In this document: positions 30,054 through 40,802 of the stretch, piece by piece | How positions within the stretch are numbered: position 1 is the stretch's first letter | How the letters are laid out: every line of letters starts with the position of its first letter | Assembly: GCA_050251875.1 (NCBI GenBank) | Contig: JBFWMA010000002.1 | Span: 256,001-320,000 of the forward strand | Reading direction: 5' to 3' | DNA from: Deferribacterales bacterium | Lineage (GTDB): Bacteria; Chrysiogenota; Deferribacteres; Deferribacterales; Geovibrionaceae | Length of the DNA stretch: 64,000 bases | Translations under genes and position numbers: made by a program | Notes under the pieces: model-generated | Database searches by the model: none | Told to the model about the DNA's origin: nothing | Seen by the model: the letters and a program-made list of their open reading frames with translations, nothing else

Positions 30054-31259
30054 ATGATCATCTGCATGGATATGGACGCTTTCTTCGCTTCTGTGGAACA
30101 GGCGGTGAACCCGTCTCTCAGAGGCAAGCCGATAGCCGTCATAGGCGCAAAGGAGCGCACTGTGGTGGTTACCTCATCCTATGAGGCGAGGGCGAAGGGC
30201 GTCAAAACCGGAATGAGCAAATATGAGGCGCAGAGAGTGTGTCCGGATGTGATACTGGTTTGCGGTCACACCCGGATATATACCCATGTCTCTTCAGAAA
30301 TAGTAAAATTCTTAAAAACGATCACGCCGGACGTGGAGGTCTATTCCATAGACGAGGCTTTTTTGGACATAAAAGATAATGACCCTGTGACAATAGGTTA
30401 CATGATTATGTCCTATGTTAAGAAGACTTTTAATATAACATGCTCCATCGGGATCGGTCCCAACAAGCTGATAGCCAAAATGGCGACAGAGGTTAATAAG
30501 CCGAATGGTCTGTATATGGTTCATAAAGAAGAAGTTATGGAGTTTATAGACACATTTGAGCTGGGCGATATATGGGGAATCGGACGCAGGCTGACAAAAA
30601 GATTCAGATCCATGGGAATCTTCACCCCTGCTGATCTGCGGGCTTTCGGGCGTGACAGGCTGGAAAAAATGCTGGGGATAGGCGGTGTGAGGCTTTTTCA
30701 GATGGCTCACGGGGAATATTCCGACAGAGTGGTTTCTCAGGAGCCTCCGGTGAAGTCCATAGGGCACAGTATGACTCTCCCTGTGGACGGAAAGACCAGA
30801 GAAACGGCTCTGAACTACCTGCTCCAGCTTTCGGAGATGGTGTCCGCCCGTGCCAGAAAGAATGGTTTTGCGGGAAAGACTCTGCATCTGGTGATAAAAG
30901 ACACGGACATGATGAGCGTGAGCAGGCAGAAGGGGATTGGTTTTTTTACATCCGCCACCCACCACATTTATGAAACCGCCATAGAGCTTTTTGACGAGTT
31001 ATGGGATCACAACCCCATCCGGCTGCTTGGTATATCCATAGGAAACCTTGTGGGAGAGTCAGTTATATTGACAAATATAATGGATGACTTCGGAAAATAC
31101 CCGCAACTATATGACGCAATAGATAAAATTAACTCTAAATATGGAAAAACATCCATATCTTACGCCTCTGTGCTGAACTGTAAGAGGATAGGCGCCAAAA
31201 CCATCTCTCCCGCCTGGCGTCCGGAGGGCACCAGAAATGTCGAATTCACTCCTGAATAA
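30054..31259 (+). CDS. dinB: DNA polymerase IV (Y family)
   Basis: DMDAFFASVE, SYEAR, YSIDEAFLD, WGIG. Confidence 0.95.
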   Translation: MIICMDMDAFFASVEQAVNPSLRGKPIAVIGAKERTVVVTSSYEARAKGVKTGMSKYEAQRVCPDVILVCGHTRIYTHVSSEIVKFLKTITPDVEVYSIDEAFLDIKDNDPVTIGYMIMSYVKKTFNITCSIGIGPNKLIAKMATEVNKPNGLYMVHKEEVMEFIDTFELGDIWGIGRRLTKRFRSMGIFTPADLRAFGRDRLEKMLGIGGVRLFQMAHGEYSDRVVSQEPPVKSIGHSMTLPVDGKTRETALNYLLQLSEMVSARARKNGFAGKTLHLVIKDTDMMSVSRQKGIGFFTSATHHIYETAIELFDELWDHNPIRLLGISIGNLVGESVILTNIMDDFGKYPQLYDAIDKINSKYGKTSISYASVLNCKRIGAKTISPAWRPEGTRNVEFTPE

Positions 31260-31384
31260 GCGCAAAAATATATGACAAATTGAGTATATTTAAGCCTGAC
31301 TCTGCTTGACTTGTAATACCGAATCAACTAATATCGTTGGACACATTTCAAGCAGTTGGATTGTGTCCAAAATCGGAGGTTTTA

Positions 31385-32704
31385 ATGGCTAAGAAAGTGT
31401 ACGCAGGTCTGGTCGGATACGGAACGGTCGGCAGCGGGACAGCGGAAATCCTGCTGAAGCACAAACAGGATATTTTTGAAAAAACAGGCTTTGAGATCTG
31501 CCTCAAAACGGTGGCGGATATTAAAATAGATACTACGAAACTGGACGATATTCTCGCGCTCTGCCCGAATATCACAAAAAACGCTGACGATATTATAAAC
31601 GATCCCGAGATAGATATCGTTATAGAGCTGGTGGGCGGATATACCTTTGCCAAAGAACTGATTCTGAAAGCTCTGAAAGCGAAAAAACATGTTGTCACAG
31701 CTAATAAGGCTCTTCTGGCTCTGCACGGAGCTGAAATTTATCAGGCGGCGGATGAGAACGGCGTGAGCATAGGTTTCGAAGGCGCTGTGGGCGGCGGAAT
31801 ACCGCTGATAGGCGTTCTGAAAGAAGATCTGGTGGGTAACAACATAAACGAGGTCTTCGGTATCATCAACGGTACAGCCAACTACATCCTGTCCGCTATG
31901 GAATCAGAGGGCAAAGAGTTCTCCGAGGTGCTGAAAGCCGCTCAGGAGAAGGGATATGCCGAGGCTGACCCTACATTCGACATAGAGGGCATTGACACAG
32001 CCCATAAGATAACCATACTGGCTTCTATAGGGTTTAAGACCCTGATACCTTTTGATAAAGTGTATACCGAAGGTATATCCAACATCAAACAGGTAGATAT
32101 AGAATTTGCCAAACGTCTGAACTGCAAGATAAAACTGCTGGCTATAGCCAGAAAAAGAGACGAATATATCGAAGTTAGAGTTCACCCCACAATGCTGCCG
32201 AAATCAGAGATGATGGCGCAGGTGAACGGTGTTTTCAACGCTGTTGAGTTTGTGGGTGATATGGTCGATAAGACAATGTATTACGGCAGAGGCGCAGGCG
32301 GCAGACCCACAGGTTCCGCTGTTGTCAGCGATGTGGTTTCCATCGCCCGTGACATAGCCATCGGCGGAGTGGGCAGGGTGCCTCTCCTCGGATTTGCCGG
32401 AAAATATGATTATTACTTCCCTATCAGAGATATAAAGGATGTTAAATCCAAGTTTTATCTGCGTTTTTCCGTTCTGGACGAGCCGGGAACACTGGCGAAA
32501 ATCGCCGGTATCTTAGGAGAACACGGAATCAGCATTTCTCAGGCGATCCAGCCGGACGAGAGAGCCCCCGGCGAGGTTGTGTCCATGGTGTTCATGACTC
32601 ACAAAGCCGTGACAAGGGACATCATGACAGCCATAGCGGAGATAGACGGGCTGGACTGTGTGAAAGATAAAACAGTCGCCATCAGAGTTAAGGAGATAGT
32701 TTAA
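31385..32704 (+). CDS. hom: homoserine dehydrogenase with ACT domain
   Basis: GYGTVG, VVTANKA, GIINGTANYIL, GYAEADP; GGAGG RBS before ATG 31385. Confidence 0.97.
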   Translation: MAKKVYAGLVGYGTVGSGTAEILLKHKQDIFEKTGFEICLKTVADIKIDTTKLDDILALCPNITKNADDIINDPEIDIVIELVGGYTFAKELILKALKAKKHVVTANKALLALHGAEIYQAADENGVSIGFEGAVGGGIPLIGVLKEDLVGNNINEVFGIINGTANYILSAMESEGKEFSEVLKAAQEKGYAEADPTFDIEGIDTAHKITILASIGFKTLIPFDKVYTEGISNIKQVDIEFAKRLNCKIKLLAIARKRDEYIEVRVHPTMLPKSEMMAQVNGVFNAVEFVGDMVDKTMYYGRGAGGRPTGSAVVSDVVSIARDIAIGGVGRVPLLGFAGKYDYYFPIRDIKDVKSKFYLRFSVLDEPGTLAKIAGILGEHGISISQAIQPDERAPGEVVSMVFMTHKAVTRDIMTAIAEIDGLDCVKDKTVAIRVKEIV

Positions 32705-33870
32705 TGAAGTTTGTTGTTCTGCTCACCGATGGGATGAGCGATCATAAGATAGAGGCGCTGGGCGGTAAGACCGTCATGCAGTACGCCAAAAAACCTAATA
32801 TGGACAAGCTGGTGACAGAGGGCGTGGGCGGATTTATAAAGACCACACCCGAAGGATATTACCCCGGCAGCGATATATGCAATCTGTCCGTCATGGGATA
32901 TGACCCCACCATCTATTATTCCGGCAGAAGCCCTCTGGAGGCTGGAAGCCAGGGAATAGAGCTGGGCAAAAGCGATATGGCCTTCCGCTGTAACCTTGTT
33001 ACGCTGGACGGCGATGTGATGGATGATTTCTCAGCCCACCACATAGACGCTAAAGTGGCTCAGGCATGTATAAAAGAGCTGGACTCCATATTCCGCCCCG
33101 AAGGCATAGAGTTCTATCCCGGTGTGGGCTACCGCAACCTGATGATTATGCGCAACGTTGATTTCGACATGAAAACCACGCCTCCACACGATATCATGGG
33201 GCAGGAGTGGAAAAAATATCTGCCCACAGGCAGAGGCTCTGAAAAACTGCTGGATATCATGCAGAGAGCGAAAAAAGTTTTCGATGGCGGAAAATACGCC
33301 AGAGCGAACAGCATATGGTTTTGGGGCGAGGGCAAAAAACCCGATATGCCTCTGTTCAAAGAGCTTTATGGTCTTAACGGATCAGTTGTCGCCGCTGTTG
33401 ACCTCATCAGAGGCATAGGCAGATTCGGCGGACTGGAAGTGATAGACGTTCCGGGAGCCACCGGCTTTATCGATACGAATTTCGAGGGCAAGGCTGAATA
33501 CGCCCTTAAAACGCTTGAAAAAAACGACTATGTCTTTATACATGTTGAAGCCCCTGACGAGGCAGGACACATGGGCAGTGTGGAGGAGAAGGTGAAAGCT
33601 GTGGAGAACATCGACAGCCGCATGCTCCCCATCCTGATGGAAGGACTTAAGAAATTCGGTGAGTTCAGAATCCTGATTACTCCCGACCACCCGACACCCG
33701 TTCTGAAAAGAACGCACGTTGCCGAGCCTGTCCCCGCCGTTATATACGGCACAGGGGTAAAACCGGACGGCAACACAACCTATGACGAGTTTATGAAGCC
33801 GACATTCTTCATAGAGAATGGATACAGAATAGCAGATTATTTTCTGAAAAGTGCCGTCATCGGCGGCTGA
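32704..33870 (+). CDS. cofactor-independent phosphoglycerate mutase-like protein (ApgM family, proposed homoserine kinase type)
   Basis: DGMSD, PGSDICN, GRSPLEA, HVEAPDEAGH, TPDHPTP. Confidence 0.88.
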   Translation: MKFVVLLTDGMSDHKIEALGGKTVMQYAKKPNMDKLVTEGVGGFIKTTPEGYYPGSDICNLSVMGYDPTIYYSGRSPLEAGSQGIELGKSDMAFRCNLVTLDGDVMDDFSAHHIDAKVAQACIKELDSIFRPEGIEFYPGVGYRNLMIMRNVDFDMKTTPPHDIMGQEWKKYLPTGRGSEKLLDIMQRAKKVFDGGKYARANSIWFWGEGKKPDMPLFKELYGLNGSVVAAVDLIRGIGRFGGLEVIDVPGATGFIDTNFEGKAEYALKTLEKNDYVFIHVEAPDEAGHMGSVEEKVKAVENIDSRMLPILMEGLKKFGEFRILITPDHPTPVLKRTHVAEPVPAVIYGTGVKPDGNTTYDEFMKPTFFIENGYRIADYFLKSAVIGG

Positions 33871-33888
33871 TTGCAGAAGGAGGATTAT

Positions 33889-35103
33889 GTGGGCATTGTA
33901 GTTATGAAGTTCGGAGGGACCAGCGTCGGTTCTATCGAACGCATCAAAAATGTCGCGAGAATTATCGCAAAGAAGAAAGACGAAGGTAATGACGTTGTTA
34001 CCGTAGTCTCCGCTATGTCAGGCGAAACAGACAGGCTGATCAACCTCCTGAAAGAGATTGAGCCTAAATTCAGCCCCCGTGAATACGACCAGCTCGTTTC
34101 AACGGGTGAGACCGCCAGCTCGCCTCTGGTTGCACAGACTCTGATTACAATGGGGTATGACGCGATCTCTCTGACCGGTATCCAGATCGGCATGATAACA
34201 AACGGCGTACATTCAAACAGCCGTATCATGGACGTGAAGGCTGACAGGATCAGAAAAGAACTGGCAAAAGGAAAAATATGCATCGTTGCCGGATTTCAGG
34301 GTATCGACCCTGAGACTGGCGATGTGACAACTCTGGGCAGGGGCGGTTCTGATACGTCCGCCGTGGCTGTTGCCGCCGCTCTGAAAGCGAACGTGTGCGA
34401 GATTTACACGGACGTGGACGGCGTATACACCGCAGACCCCAGAATCGTCAAGCATGCTAAAAAACTAGATAAAATCTCCTATGATGAAATGCTGGAGCTG
34501 GCTTCTCTGGGCGCTAAGGTGCTCCAGTCCAGAAGCGTTGAGCTGGGCATGAATCACAATGTCGATATTATGGTACTTTCATCTCTCGAAGAAAAACCGG
34601 GAACATTAGTTACTAAGGAGGATTCAGACATGGAGCAGGTTGTAGTAACCGGCGTTGTATCAGACAAAAATCAGGCAAAGATCACTATTACGGAAGTTCC
34701 GGATAAACCCGGAATCGCTTCTACAATTTTTAATAAAATCGCTGCGAGCAACATCAACGTGGATGTAATCGTTCAGAACGTCAGCAAAGACGGCAACACA
34801 GATCTGTCCTTCACTATTCAGAAAACAGACCTGCTGAGAGCCACAGACGTTTGCAACGCAATATCCAAAGAGATAGGTGCTAAGGGGGTTCTGGCGGATG
34901 AGAACATCGCCAAAGTATCTATTGTGGGCGTGGGTATGAGAAGCCACTCCGGCGTAGCGGCAAAAATGTTCTCACTTCTGGCTGAGAACAACATCAATAT
35001 AAAGATGATAACCACCAGCGAGATAAAAGTTTCATGCGTTGTGGAGGAGAAATTCTCCGAGCTTGCGGTCAGAATACTGCATGAGGCGTTTGTCGAGGCG
35101 TAA
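33889..35103 (+). CDS. lysC: aspartate kinase
   Basis: [26 protein letters not shown], two ACT domains; AGGAGG RBS before GTG 33889. Confidence 0.96.
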   Translation: MGIVVMKFGGTSVGSIERIKNVARIIAKKKDEGNDVVTVVSAMSGETDRLINLLKEIEPKFSPREYDQLVSTGETASSPLVAQTLITMGYDAISLTGIQIGMITNGVHSNSRIMDVKADRIRKELAKGKICIVAGFQGIDPETGDVTTLGRGGSDTSAVAVAAALKANVCEIYTDVDGVYTADPRIVKHAKKLDKISYDEMLELASLGAKVLQSRSVELGMNHNVDIMVLSSLEEKPGTLVTKEDSDMEQVVVTGVVSDKNQAKITITEVPDKPGIASTIFNKIAASNINVDVIVQNVSKDGNTDLSFTIQKTDLLRATDVCNAISKEIGAKGVLADENIAKVSIVGVGMRSHSGVAAKMFSLLAENNINIKMITTSEIKVSCVVEEKFSELAVRILHEAFVEA

Positions 35104-35126
35104 AACCTCAAAATTTGGAGTTAATA

Positions 35127-36710
35127 ATGTCGAAGAAAATAGAGATATACGACACCACGCTGAGAGACGGAACTCAGTCGGAGGACGTAAATTTCACCAT
35201 AGCTGATAAAGTGAAGATAGCGGAAGCGCTCTGCGATTTCGGCGTGAGATATATCGAAGGCGGATGGCCCGGGTCAAACCCCAGAGACATCGGCTTTTTC
35301 AAAGCGGTGAAAGAATCCAGCGCCCCCGTGGACAACATAGCGGCGTTCGGAAGCACCAGACGCGCAAAACGCACATGCGACACAGACGAAAACATTCAGG
35401 CTCTTCTGGAAGTGGAGGTTCCTAACCTCACCATCTTCGGAAAGACATGGGATCTGCACGTCAGAGAGGCTCTGAAGATTGAGCTCGAGCACAACCTTGA
35501 GATCATCAACGACTCTGTGGCATATCTGAAATCTAAAGTGGACAGAGCGTTTTATGACGCTGAACACTTTTTTGACGGGTACAAGGCGAACAAAGAATAC
35601 GCTCTGAATACCCTGAGAGCGGCTATGGAAGCAAAAGCCGACTGTCTGATACTCTGCGATACCAACGGCGGAACAATGCCTCAGGAGCTCGCTGAGATCA
35701 TCACAGAGGTTAAAAAGGTCACAGGAGACTATCCTCTGGGCATCCACTGTCACAACGACAGCGACTGTGCCGTGGCTAACTCCGTGATGGCCGTCATCAA
35801 CGGAATTACTCAGGTTCAGGGAACTATCAACGGATACGGCGAGAGATGCGGAAACGCTAACCTCTGCTCCGTGATACCCAACCTCCAGCTGAAATACGGA
35901 TATGAGTGCGTGCCGGCAGACAAGCTGAACAGGCTGCGCATAGTGTCCAGATATGTTAACGAGCTGGGCAACCTGAAGCACAACATCCACCAGCCTTATG
36001 TCGGACGCGCGGCGTTCGCTCACAAGGGCGGGGTGCATGTGAGCGCCATTCTGAAAAACTCAAAAACATATGAGCACATAGAACCCGAACTGGTGGGCAA
36101 CAAACAGAGAGTTCTGCTTTCAGACCTTTCCGGAAAGTCCAACCTTGTTTATAAAGCGAAAGATTTCGGTCTGGATATAGACAGCAACGATCCCAAGATC
36201 AACGCTGTTATCGAAAACCTGAAAGAGCTTGAGAACAAAGGTTTTCAGTATGAGGGCGCGGAGGCTTCCTTCGAGCTTCTGATGAGAAAAACTATGGGCA
36301 CTTTCACTCCTTTCTTCGATTCAATCAGCTATCGTGTGCTGGATGAAAAGAACGACTGCACAGGCGGTCCCACAGCGGAAGCCACAGTCATGATCGAAGT
36401 AGGGGAAGAATACGAGCACACAGCGGCGGCTGGAAACGGTCCCGTGAACGCTCTGGACAAGGCTGTCAGAAAGGCTCTGATGAAATTCTATCCCTCCATA
36501 GGCGATATGGAGCTGGTGGATTTCAAAGTCCGTATCCTGTCATCCACAGAGGGCACAGAGGCTGTTACCCGTGTTCTTATCGAGACAAAAGATAAAGAAC
36601 ACACATGGGGCACAGTGGGCGTCGCGGCTAACATTGTAGACGCTTCGTATCAGGCTCTTATGGATTCGATAGAATATAAGCTGATGAAAGATAAAGAAAA
36701 ATCAAACTGA
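35127..36710 (+). CDS. cimA: citramalate synthase
   Basis: DTTLRDGTQ, EGGWPGSNP, DAEHFFDG, AFAHKGGVH. Confidence 0.93.
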   Translation: MSKKIEIYDTTLRDGTQSEDVNFTIADKVKIAEALCDFGVRYIEGGWPGSNPRDIGFFKAVKESSAPVDNIAAFGSTRRAKRTCDTDENIQALLEVEVPNLTIFGKTWDLHVREALKIELEHNLEIINDSVAYLKSKVDRAFYDAEHFFDGYKANKEYALNTLRAAMEAKADCLILCDTNGGTMPQELAEIITEVKKVTGDYPLGIHCHNDSDCAVANSVMAVINGITQVQGTINGYGERCGNANLCSVIPNLQLKYGYECVPADKLNRLRIVSRYVNELGNLKHNIHQPYVGRAAFAHKGGVHVSAILKNSKTYEHIEPELVGNKQRVLLSDLSGKSNLVYKAKDFGLDIDSNDPKINAVIENLKELENKGFQYEGAEASFELLMRKTMGTFTPFFDSISYRVLDEKNDCTGGPTAEATVMIEVGEEYEHTAAAGNGPVNALDKAVRKALMKFYPSIGDMELVDFKVRILSSTEGTEAVTRVLIETKDKEHTWGTVGVAANIVDASYQALMDSIEYKLMKDKEKSN

Positions 36711-36716
36711 TTTATA

Positions 36717-36748
36717 AAAGGCCGCTTATTCCGAGCGGCCTTTGTTTT
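36717..36748 (+). terminator. intrinsic terminator after cimA
   Basis: AAAGGCCGCT-N7-AGCGGCCTTT then GTTTT. Confidence 0.85.
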
Positions 36749-36809
36749 AAGCGCACGTTACTAAAAATTTAACAGTTGAAAAAAATACCAAAGCTATTAT
36801 AATTAAATT

Positions 36810-36887
36810 ACCAAACAGACTATTGCCCGGCTATTTCTATGCTTTATCCCTCCTCCCCCCTTAAAGCATGTAGCCGGGATTTTTTTT
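36810..36887 (+). ncRNA. candidate small RNA with CCUCCUCCC loop
   Basis: TTGAAA-N16-TATAAT promoter (36776-36803), interrupted hairpin 36826-36878, T8 tail. Confidence 0.55.
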
Positions 36888-37335
36888 ATCCTTTTATCCA
36901 GCCGTTTTCGATTGATATGCTGATTATCTGTCTGGCGCAGAAGTCTACTGTTTTGTGGCAGGAGTTGAATTTCCCGATTCCTAAAAATTTTGAGGCGTTT
37001 TTGGTGATTACCCGGCAGCAGGCGCTTTTGAACTCTTCTCTGAAAGCGTCATGAAGTTTTCTGACGGCTTTGTTCAGCTTGTCTGTGGGTTCGTCCGGTT
37101 TCAGTCTGCCCCCCATGGAGCTCAGTACGAAGACAGAGCCGGAGAGGGCTCCGCAGATACATCCTGATCCGCCTATACCCTCTACAAAAGCCGACATGCC
37201 TCTTTTTATTTCGTCTGAAAAGTTTATTTCAGTGTTCTTTTCGAAGGCGAGAAGCACAGCCTCTGAGCAGGCGTAGCCCTCTTTAAAATAGCTGACAGCG
37301 TCACGGGCTGTCAGATCCGCTAATGTTTCTGACAT
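36886..37335 (-). CDS. C-GCAxxG-C-C family redox protein
   Basis: GYACSEAV, GCICGALSG, SACC, terminal C. Confidence 0.88.
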   Translation of the reverse strand: MSETLADLTARDAVSYFKEGYACSEAVLLAFEKNTEINFSDEIKRGMSAFVEGIGGSGCICGALSGSVFVLSSMGGRLKPDEPTDKLNKAVRKLHDAFREEFKSACCRVITKNASKFLGIGKFNSCHKTVDFCARQIISISIENGWIKG

Positions 37336-37462
37336 GATTACATCTCCAGATAAATAATATAGTCCAAGTTAGACCAAATTCACCTGTTAATTGTCAACAA
37401 TTTTGTCTTGATACTGAAAATTTAATTGGATAGTATGTTTGTATAACTATATATGGTGCAAA

Positions 37463-38545
37463 ATGCTTAAGTTTTTTATTTCGTTAAGTATATTAACGGT
37501 ATTTTCGTTGGCTGCGGCTGATGAAGGGACTATCATTGATGCGTGCGGTCGGGATATTGTGATGCCCGGCAGTCCGAAAAAAATCATCGCTATCGGTCCG
37601 GGAGCCGCCGCTCTGACGGTTTACGCCGATATGTCAAAATACCTGGTGGCGAAAGAGGCGTATGGGAGCGAAGGCGCCATGTACAGGCAGTGTTCATGCG
37701 CATATCCCGATAACTATGCTTCCATGCCTGTGGTTTATAACAACATGCCGGGGAGCATGCCGGATTATGACGCCATCATAGAGGCAAAACCCCAGCTGGT
37801 TCTGGCGTCCGGATTCAACAAACAGCAGATAGACACCATATATCAGTCCACACGGGTTCCCGTTGCCGCTGTGAACTGCAGCGAGTCCGGATATATGCAT
37901 TACGACACCATAGTGCAGTCGCTGAGGCTCACCGGATATCTTTTGAAAAAAGAGAAGGAGATGCAGAACATTCTGAACTTCATGGCGAAGGTCAGAAAAG
38001 AGCTGTATATGGCTACCAAAGATGTTGAACCGGCAAAGATATTCATAATATCAGAGACATACGGCAATAACAAAAACGTATTCACATCTGAAAGATGCTA
38101 CTGCTATCTGAAACTGATAAATTCATCCAACCTTACATCCGGCAAAGATTCCGATCCGAAGTATCTGAAAATTGACAGGCAGGAACTGCTGAAGATTCAG
38201 CCGGAATATATTTTCATAGAATATCCGCTGCTGGATAGAATAAAAGCGGACTATGCCAAGAATAAACAGTATTACAAACAGCTTAAGGCTGTGAAAGAAA
38301 ACAGGGTGTTCACAATTCTGCCTTATAACCATTTCATGGCTAATATCGAGAACATGATGATGAACGCTTATTTTATTGGAAAAACCGTTTACAGTGAAAA
38401 GTTTAAGCAGATTGATATGCACAGAAAATCTGACGAGATAACAGAAGAGCTCACCGGAAACGACTATTACAGCGAGCTGGTGGCGGAGACGGCTGTTTTC
38501 AAGAATATTGTCTTTGACGAGAAGGGAATCACAATAAAAAAATAA
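37463..38545 (+). CDS. iron/cobalamin-type ABC transporter substrate-binding protein
   Basis: Signal peptide, IIDACGRDI..P..PKKIIAIGPGA, LKAVKENRVF. Confidence 0.8.
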   Translation: MLKFFISLSILTVFSLAAADEGTIIDACGRDIVMPGSPKKIIAIGPGAAALTVYADMSKYLVAKEAYGSEGAMYRQCSCAYPDNYASMPVVYNNMPGSMPDYDAIIEAKPQLVLASGFNKQQIDTIYQSTRVPVAAVNCSESGYMHYDTIVQSLRLTGYLLKKEKEMQNILNFMAKVRKELYMATKDVEPAKIFIISETYGNNKNVFTSERCYCYLKLINSSNLTSGKDSDPKYLKIDRQELLKIQPEYIFIEYPLLDRIKADYAKNKQYYKQLKAVKENRVFTILPYNHFMANIENMMMNAYFIGKTVYSEKFKQIDMHRKSDEITEELTGNDYYSELVAETAVFKNIVFDEKGITIKK

Positions 38546-38575
38546 CCGCCGGAGTTTTTGCCCCGGCGGTCTTTA
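38545..38575. terminator. hairpin between convergent genes (probable terminator)
   Basis: ACCGCCGG..CCGGCGGT flanked by A/T runs. Confidence 0.6.
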
Positions 38576-38577
38576 TA

Positions 38578-39855
38578 TTATTTCGGAAATTCAAATACCA
38601 CGTTCCCGCTTTTTATTGTGTAAAGAGCGGCGCCTTTAAGTTTTTTACCCATCCAGGGAGTGTTCACTGATTTTGACTTGTTCAGTTTTTCATCGAAAAC
38701 ATATTCCAGCTCAGTGTCCAGAACCACTATATCTGCCAGCTTTCCGGGGGCTATTTCGCCTCTGTCTGTTTTCTTGATAAGTTTTGCGGGTGTGTAGGAT
38801 GTCAGTCTGACAAAATCCTTCATATCTATAACGCCTTTATCAACCAGCGCCAGAGACAGGGGAAGCATGGTCTGAATACCTGTTATGCCAAAGGGGGCGA
38901 GGTCGAATTCCTGCGCTTTTTCATCGGGATGGTGAGGCGCATGGTCTGTTACTATGCAGTCGATATCGCCGTTTTTAAGTCCATCTATCATGGCGTCCAT
39001 ATCTTCCTGAGCACGCAGGGGAGGGTTCATTTTGGCGTTGGTGTCATATGTCAGAAGCTCTTTCTCTGTCAGTGTGAAGTGGTGGGGCGTTACCTCGCAT
39101 GTGACGTTGTATCCCATTGATTTTGCCCATTTCACCAGATCCAGAGTGCCTTTGGAGCTGATGTGGCAGATGTGGACGTGAGCGCCTGTGAGTTTTGACA
39201 TCAGGATGTCACGGGCTACCATTACTTCCTCACATTCGCTGGGGATGCCCTTCAGTCCTGTGATGGCGGCTACTTCGCCCTCGTGGATAACACCCGCTCC
39301 GGCGAGACTCTTATCCTCTGCGTGGCTGATAACCATAGCGCCGAACTGTGAGGCATATTCGCATGCTCTTCTGAAAACCTCGGCAGTCATAACGGGTTTG
39401 CCGTCATCGGAAAAGCCTATCGCTCCGCCCTCGGTCATATCGCCCATCTCGGTCAGCTCTTCGCCGTCCATGCCTTTTGTTACTGCGCCGATGGGAAAGA
39501 TATCGATCAGACCGTCTTTTTTGCCTTTGTTTACCATATATTCAGTGATGACACGGTTGTCATTCACCGGTTTTGTGTTTGCCATGGGACATGCCGCAGT
39601 AACTCCGCCGGCGACAGCCGCCTTCGCTCCGGATGTGATGTCCTCTTTGTATTCCAGACCGGGATCACGGAAGTGAACGTGAAGGTCTATGAGACCCGGC
39701 ACAACGTATTTTCCGCCGCAGTCGATCACTTTGTCGGCTTTTTCATCCGCTTTCGCTGTGACAGAAGCTATTGTGTCGCCGTCTATCAGGATGTTTCCAT
39801 CCGTTATATTGTTATGGTTTACGATCTTACAGTTTTTAAGAAGCGTTTTCATCAT
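38578..39855 (-). CDS. pyrC: dihydroorotase
   Basis: [29 protein letters not shown]. Confidence 0.97.
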   Translation of the reverse strand: MMKTLLKNCKIVNHNNITDGNILIDGDTIASVTAKADEKADKVIDCGGKYVVPGLIDLHVHFRDPGLEYKEDITSGAKAAVAGGVTAACPMANTKPVNDNRVITEYMVNKGKKDGLIDIFPIGAVTKGMDGEELTEMGDMTEGGAIGFSDDGKPVMTAEVFRRACEYASQFGAMVISHAEDKSLAGAGVIHEGEVAAITGLKGIPSECEEVMVARDILMSKLTGAHVHICHISSKGTLDLVKWAKSMGYNVTCEVTPHHFTLTEKELLTYDTNAKMNPPLRAQEDMDAMIDGLKNGDIDCIVTDHAPHHPDEKAQEFDLAPFGITGIQTMLPLSLALVDKGVIDMKDFVRLTSYTPAKLIKKTDRGEIAPGKLADIVVLDTELEYVFDEKLNKSKSVNTPWMGKKLKGAALYTIKSGNVVFEFPK

Positions 39856-40786
39856 ATCCCCCTTTGTTGCTGCCTATGCCGAGTATGTAAAGGGCCGCCA
39901 TTCTCACGGCAACACCATTGGAAACCTGTTTCAGAACGCCTGACTGATCGCTGTCTGCCACGTTGCTCATCAGCTCCACGCCACGGTTTATGGGACCTGG
40001 GTGCATCACGAGAGCGTTTTTATTGGCGAGAGCCAGCTTGTCTTTTGTCAGACCGAAAAATTTCGCGTATTCTTTTGTGGAGGGGACGAGGAGTTTTCCC
40101 TGACGCTCTCTCTGGATGCGGAGCATGATGATGACGTCCGCGCCTTCAACCGCCTCCTGCATGTTTTTGCACACACGGCATCCGAACACCTCGTGGTGCT
40201 TGGGTATCATTGTGGAAGGTCCGAACAGTCTGAGGTTGATACCCAGTCTGGGCATAGCCCATATGTCTGAACGTGCTACACGGCTGTGTGTGATATCACC
40301 GATGATTGCCACTTCCAAACCGTTAAGGTCACCCTTTGCCTGACGTATGGTGAGCATGTCCAGCAGAGCCTGTGTGGGGTGCTCGTTCAGTCCGTCTCCG
40401 GCGTTTATGATGTGAGCATCGGAGTTTTCCGCTATATATTTCACGGCGCCGGAATACTGGTGGCGCACAACGAAAATATCCGAGTGCATTGATTCCATGT
40501 TTTTAACTGTATCTATAAGGGTTTCGCCTTTGGTCGTGCTGCTGGCTGACGCTGTGAAGTTGATAGTGTCGGCGGACAGACGTTTTCCGGCTATCTCGAA
40601 TGATGTTCTTGTTCTGGTGGAGGGCTCAAAGAAAAGGTTGATGACTGTCTTGCCCTTCAGAGTAGGCACTTTCTTAACATCCCTTTCGTTGATTTCTGTA
40701 AATTTCTGGGCTGTGTCCAGCAGATAGAGGATCTCCTCTTTTGTCAGATCCTTCATCCCCAAAAGATCTTTGCGTTTGTAAGCCAT
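39836..40786 (-). CDS. pyrB: aspartate carbamoyltransferase
   Basis: [22 protein letters not shown]. Confidence 0.98.
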   Translation of the reverse strand: MAYKRKDLLGMKDLTKEEILYLLDTAQKFTEINERDVKKVPTLKGKTVINLFFEPSTRTRTSFEIAGKRLSADTINFTASASSTTKGETLIDTVKNMESMHSDIFVVRHQYSGAVKYIAENSDAHIINAGDGLNEHPTQALLDMLTIRQAKGDLNGLEVAIIGDITHSRVARSDIWAMPRLGINLRLFGPSTMIPKHHEVFGCRVCKNMQEAVEGADVIIMLRIQRERQGKLLVPSTKEYAKFFGLTKDKLALANKNALVMHPGPINRGVELMSNVADSDQSGVLKQVSNGVAVRMAALYILGIGSNKGGYDENAS

Positions 40787-40802
40787 TTCGGACTCCTTTG
40801 TG

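Noticed and set aside
36839..37054. 71-aa + strand ORF after the orphan promoter
   Set aside because: It starts inside the hairpin, has no RBS, runs through the U tract and is antisense to a real gene.
36886..37335. Selenocysteine readthrough in the C-GCAxxG-C-C gene
   Set aside because: The motif positions are ordinary Cys codons and the ORF is complete without an internal TGA.
37359..37380. GntR-like operator (TTGGTCTAACTTGGAC on minus strand)
   Set aside because: Palindrome too imperfect and single-copy to support.
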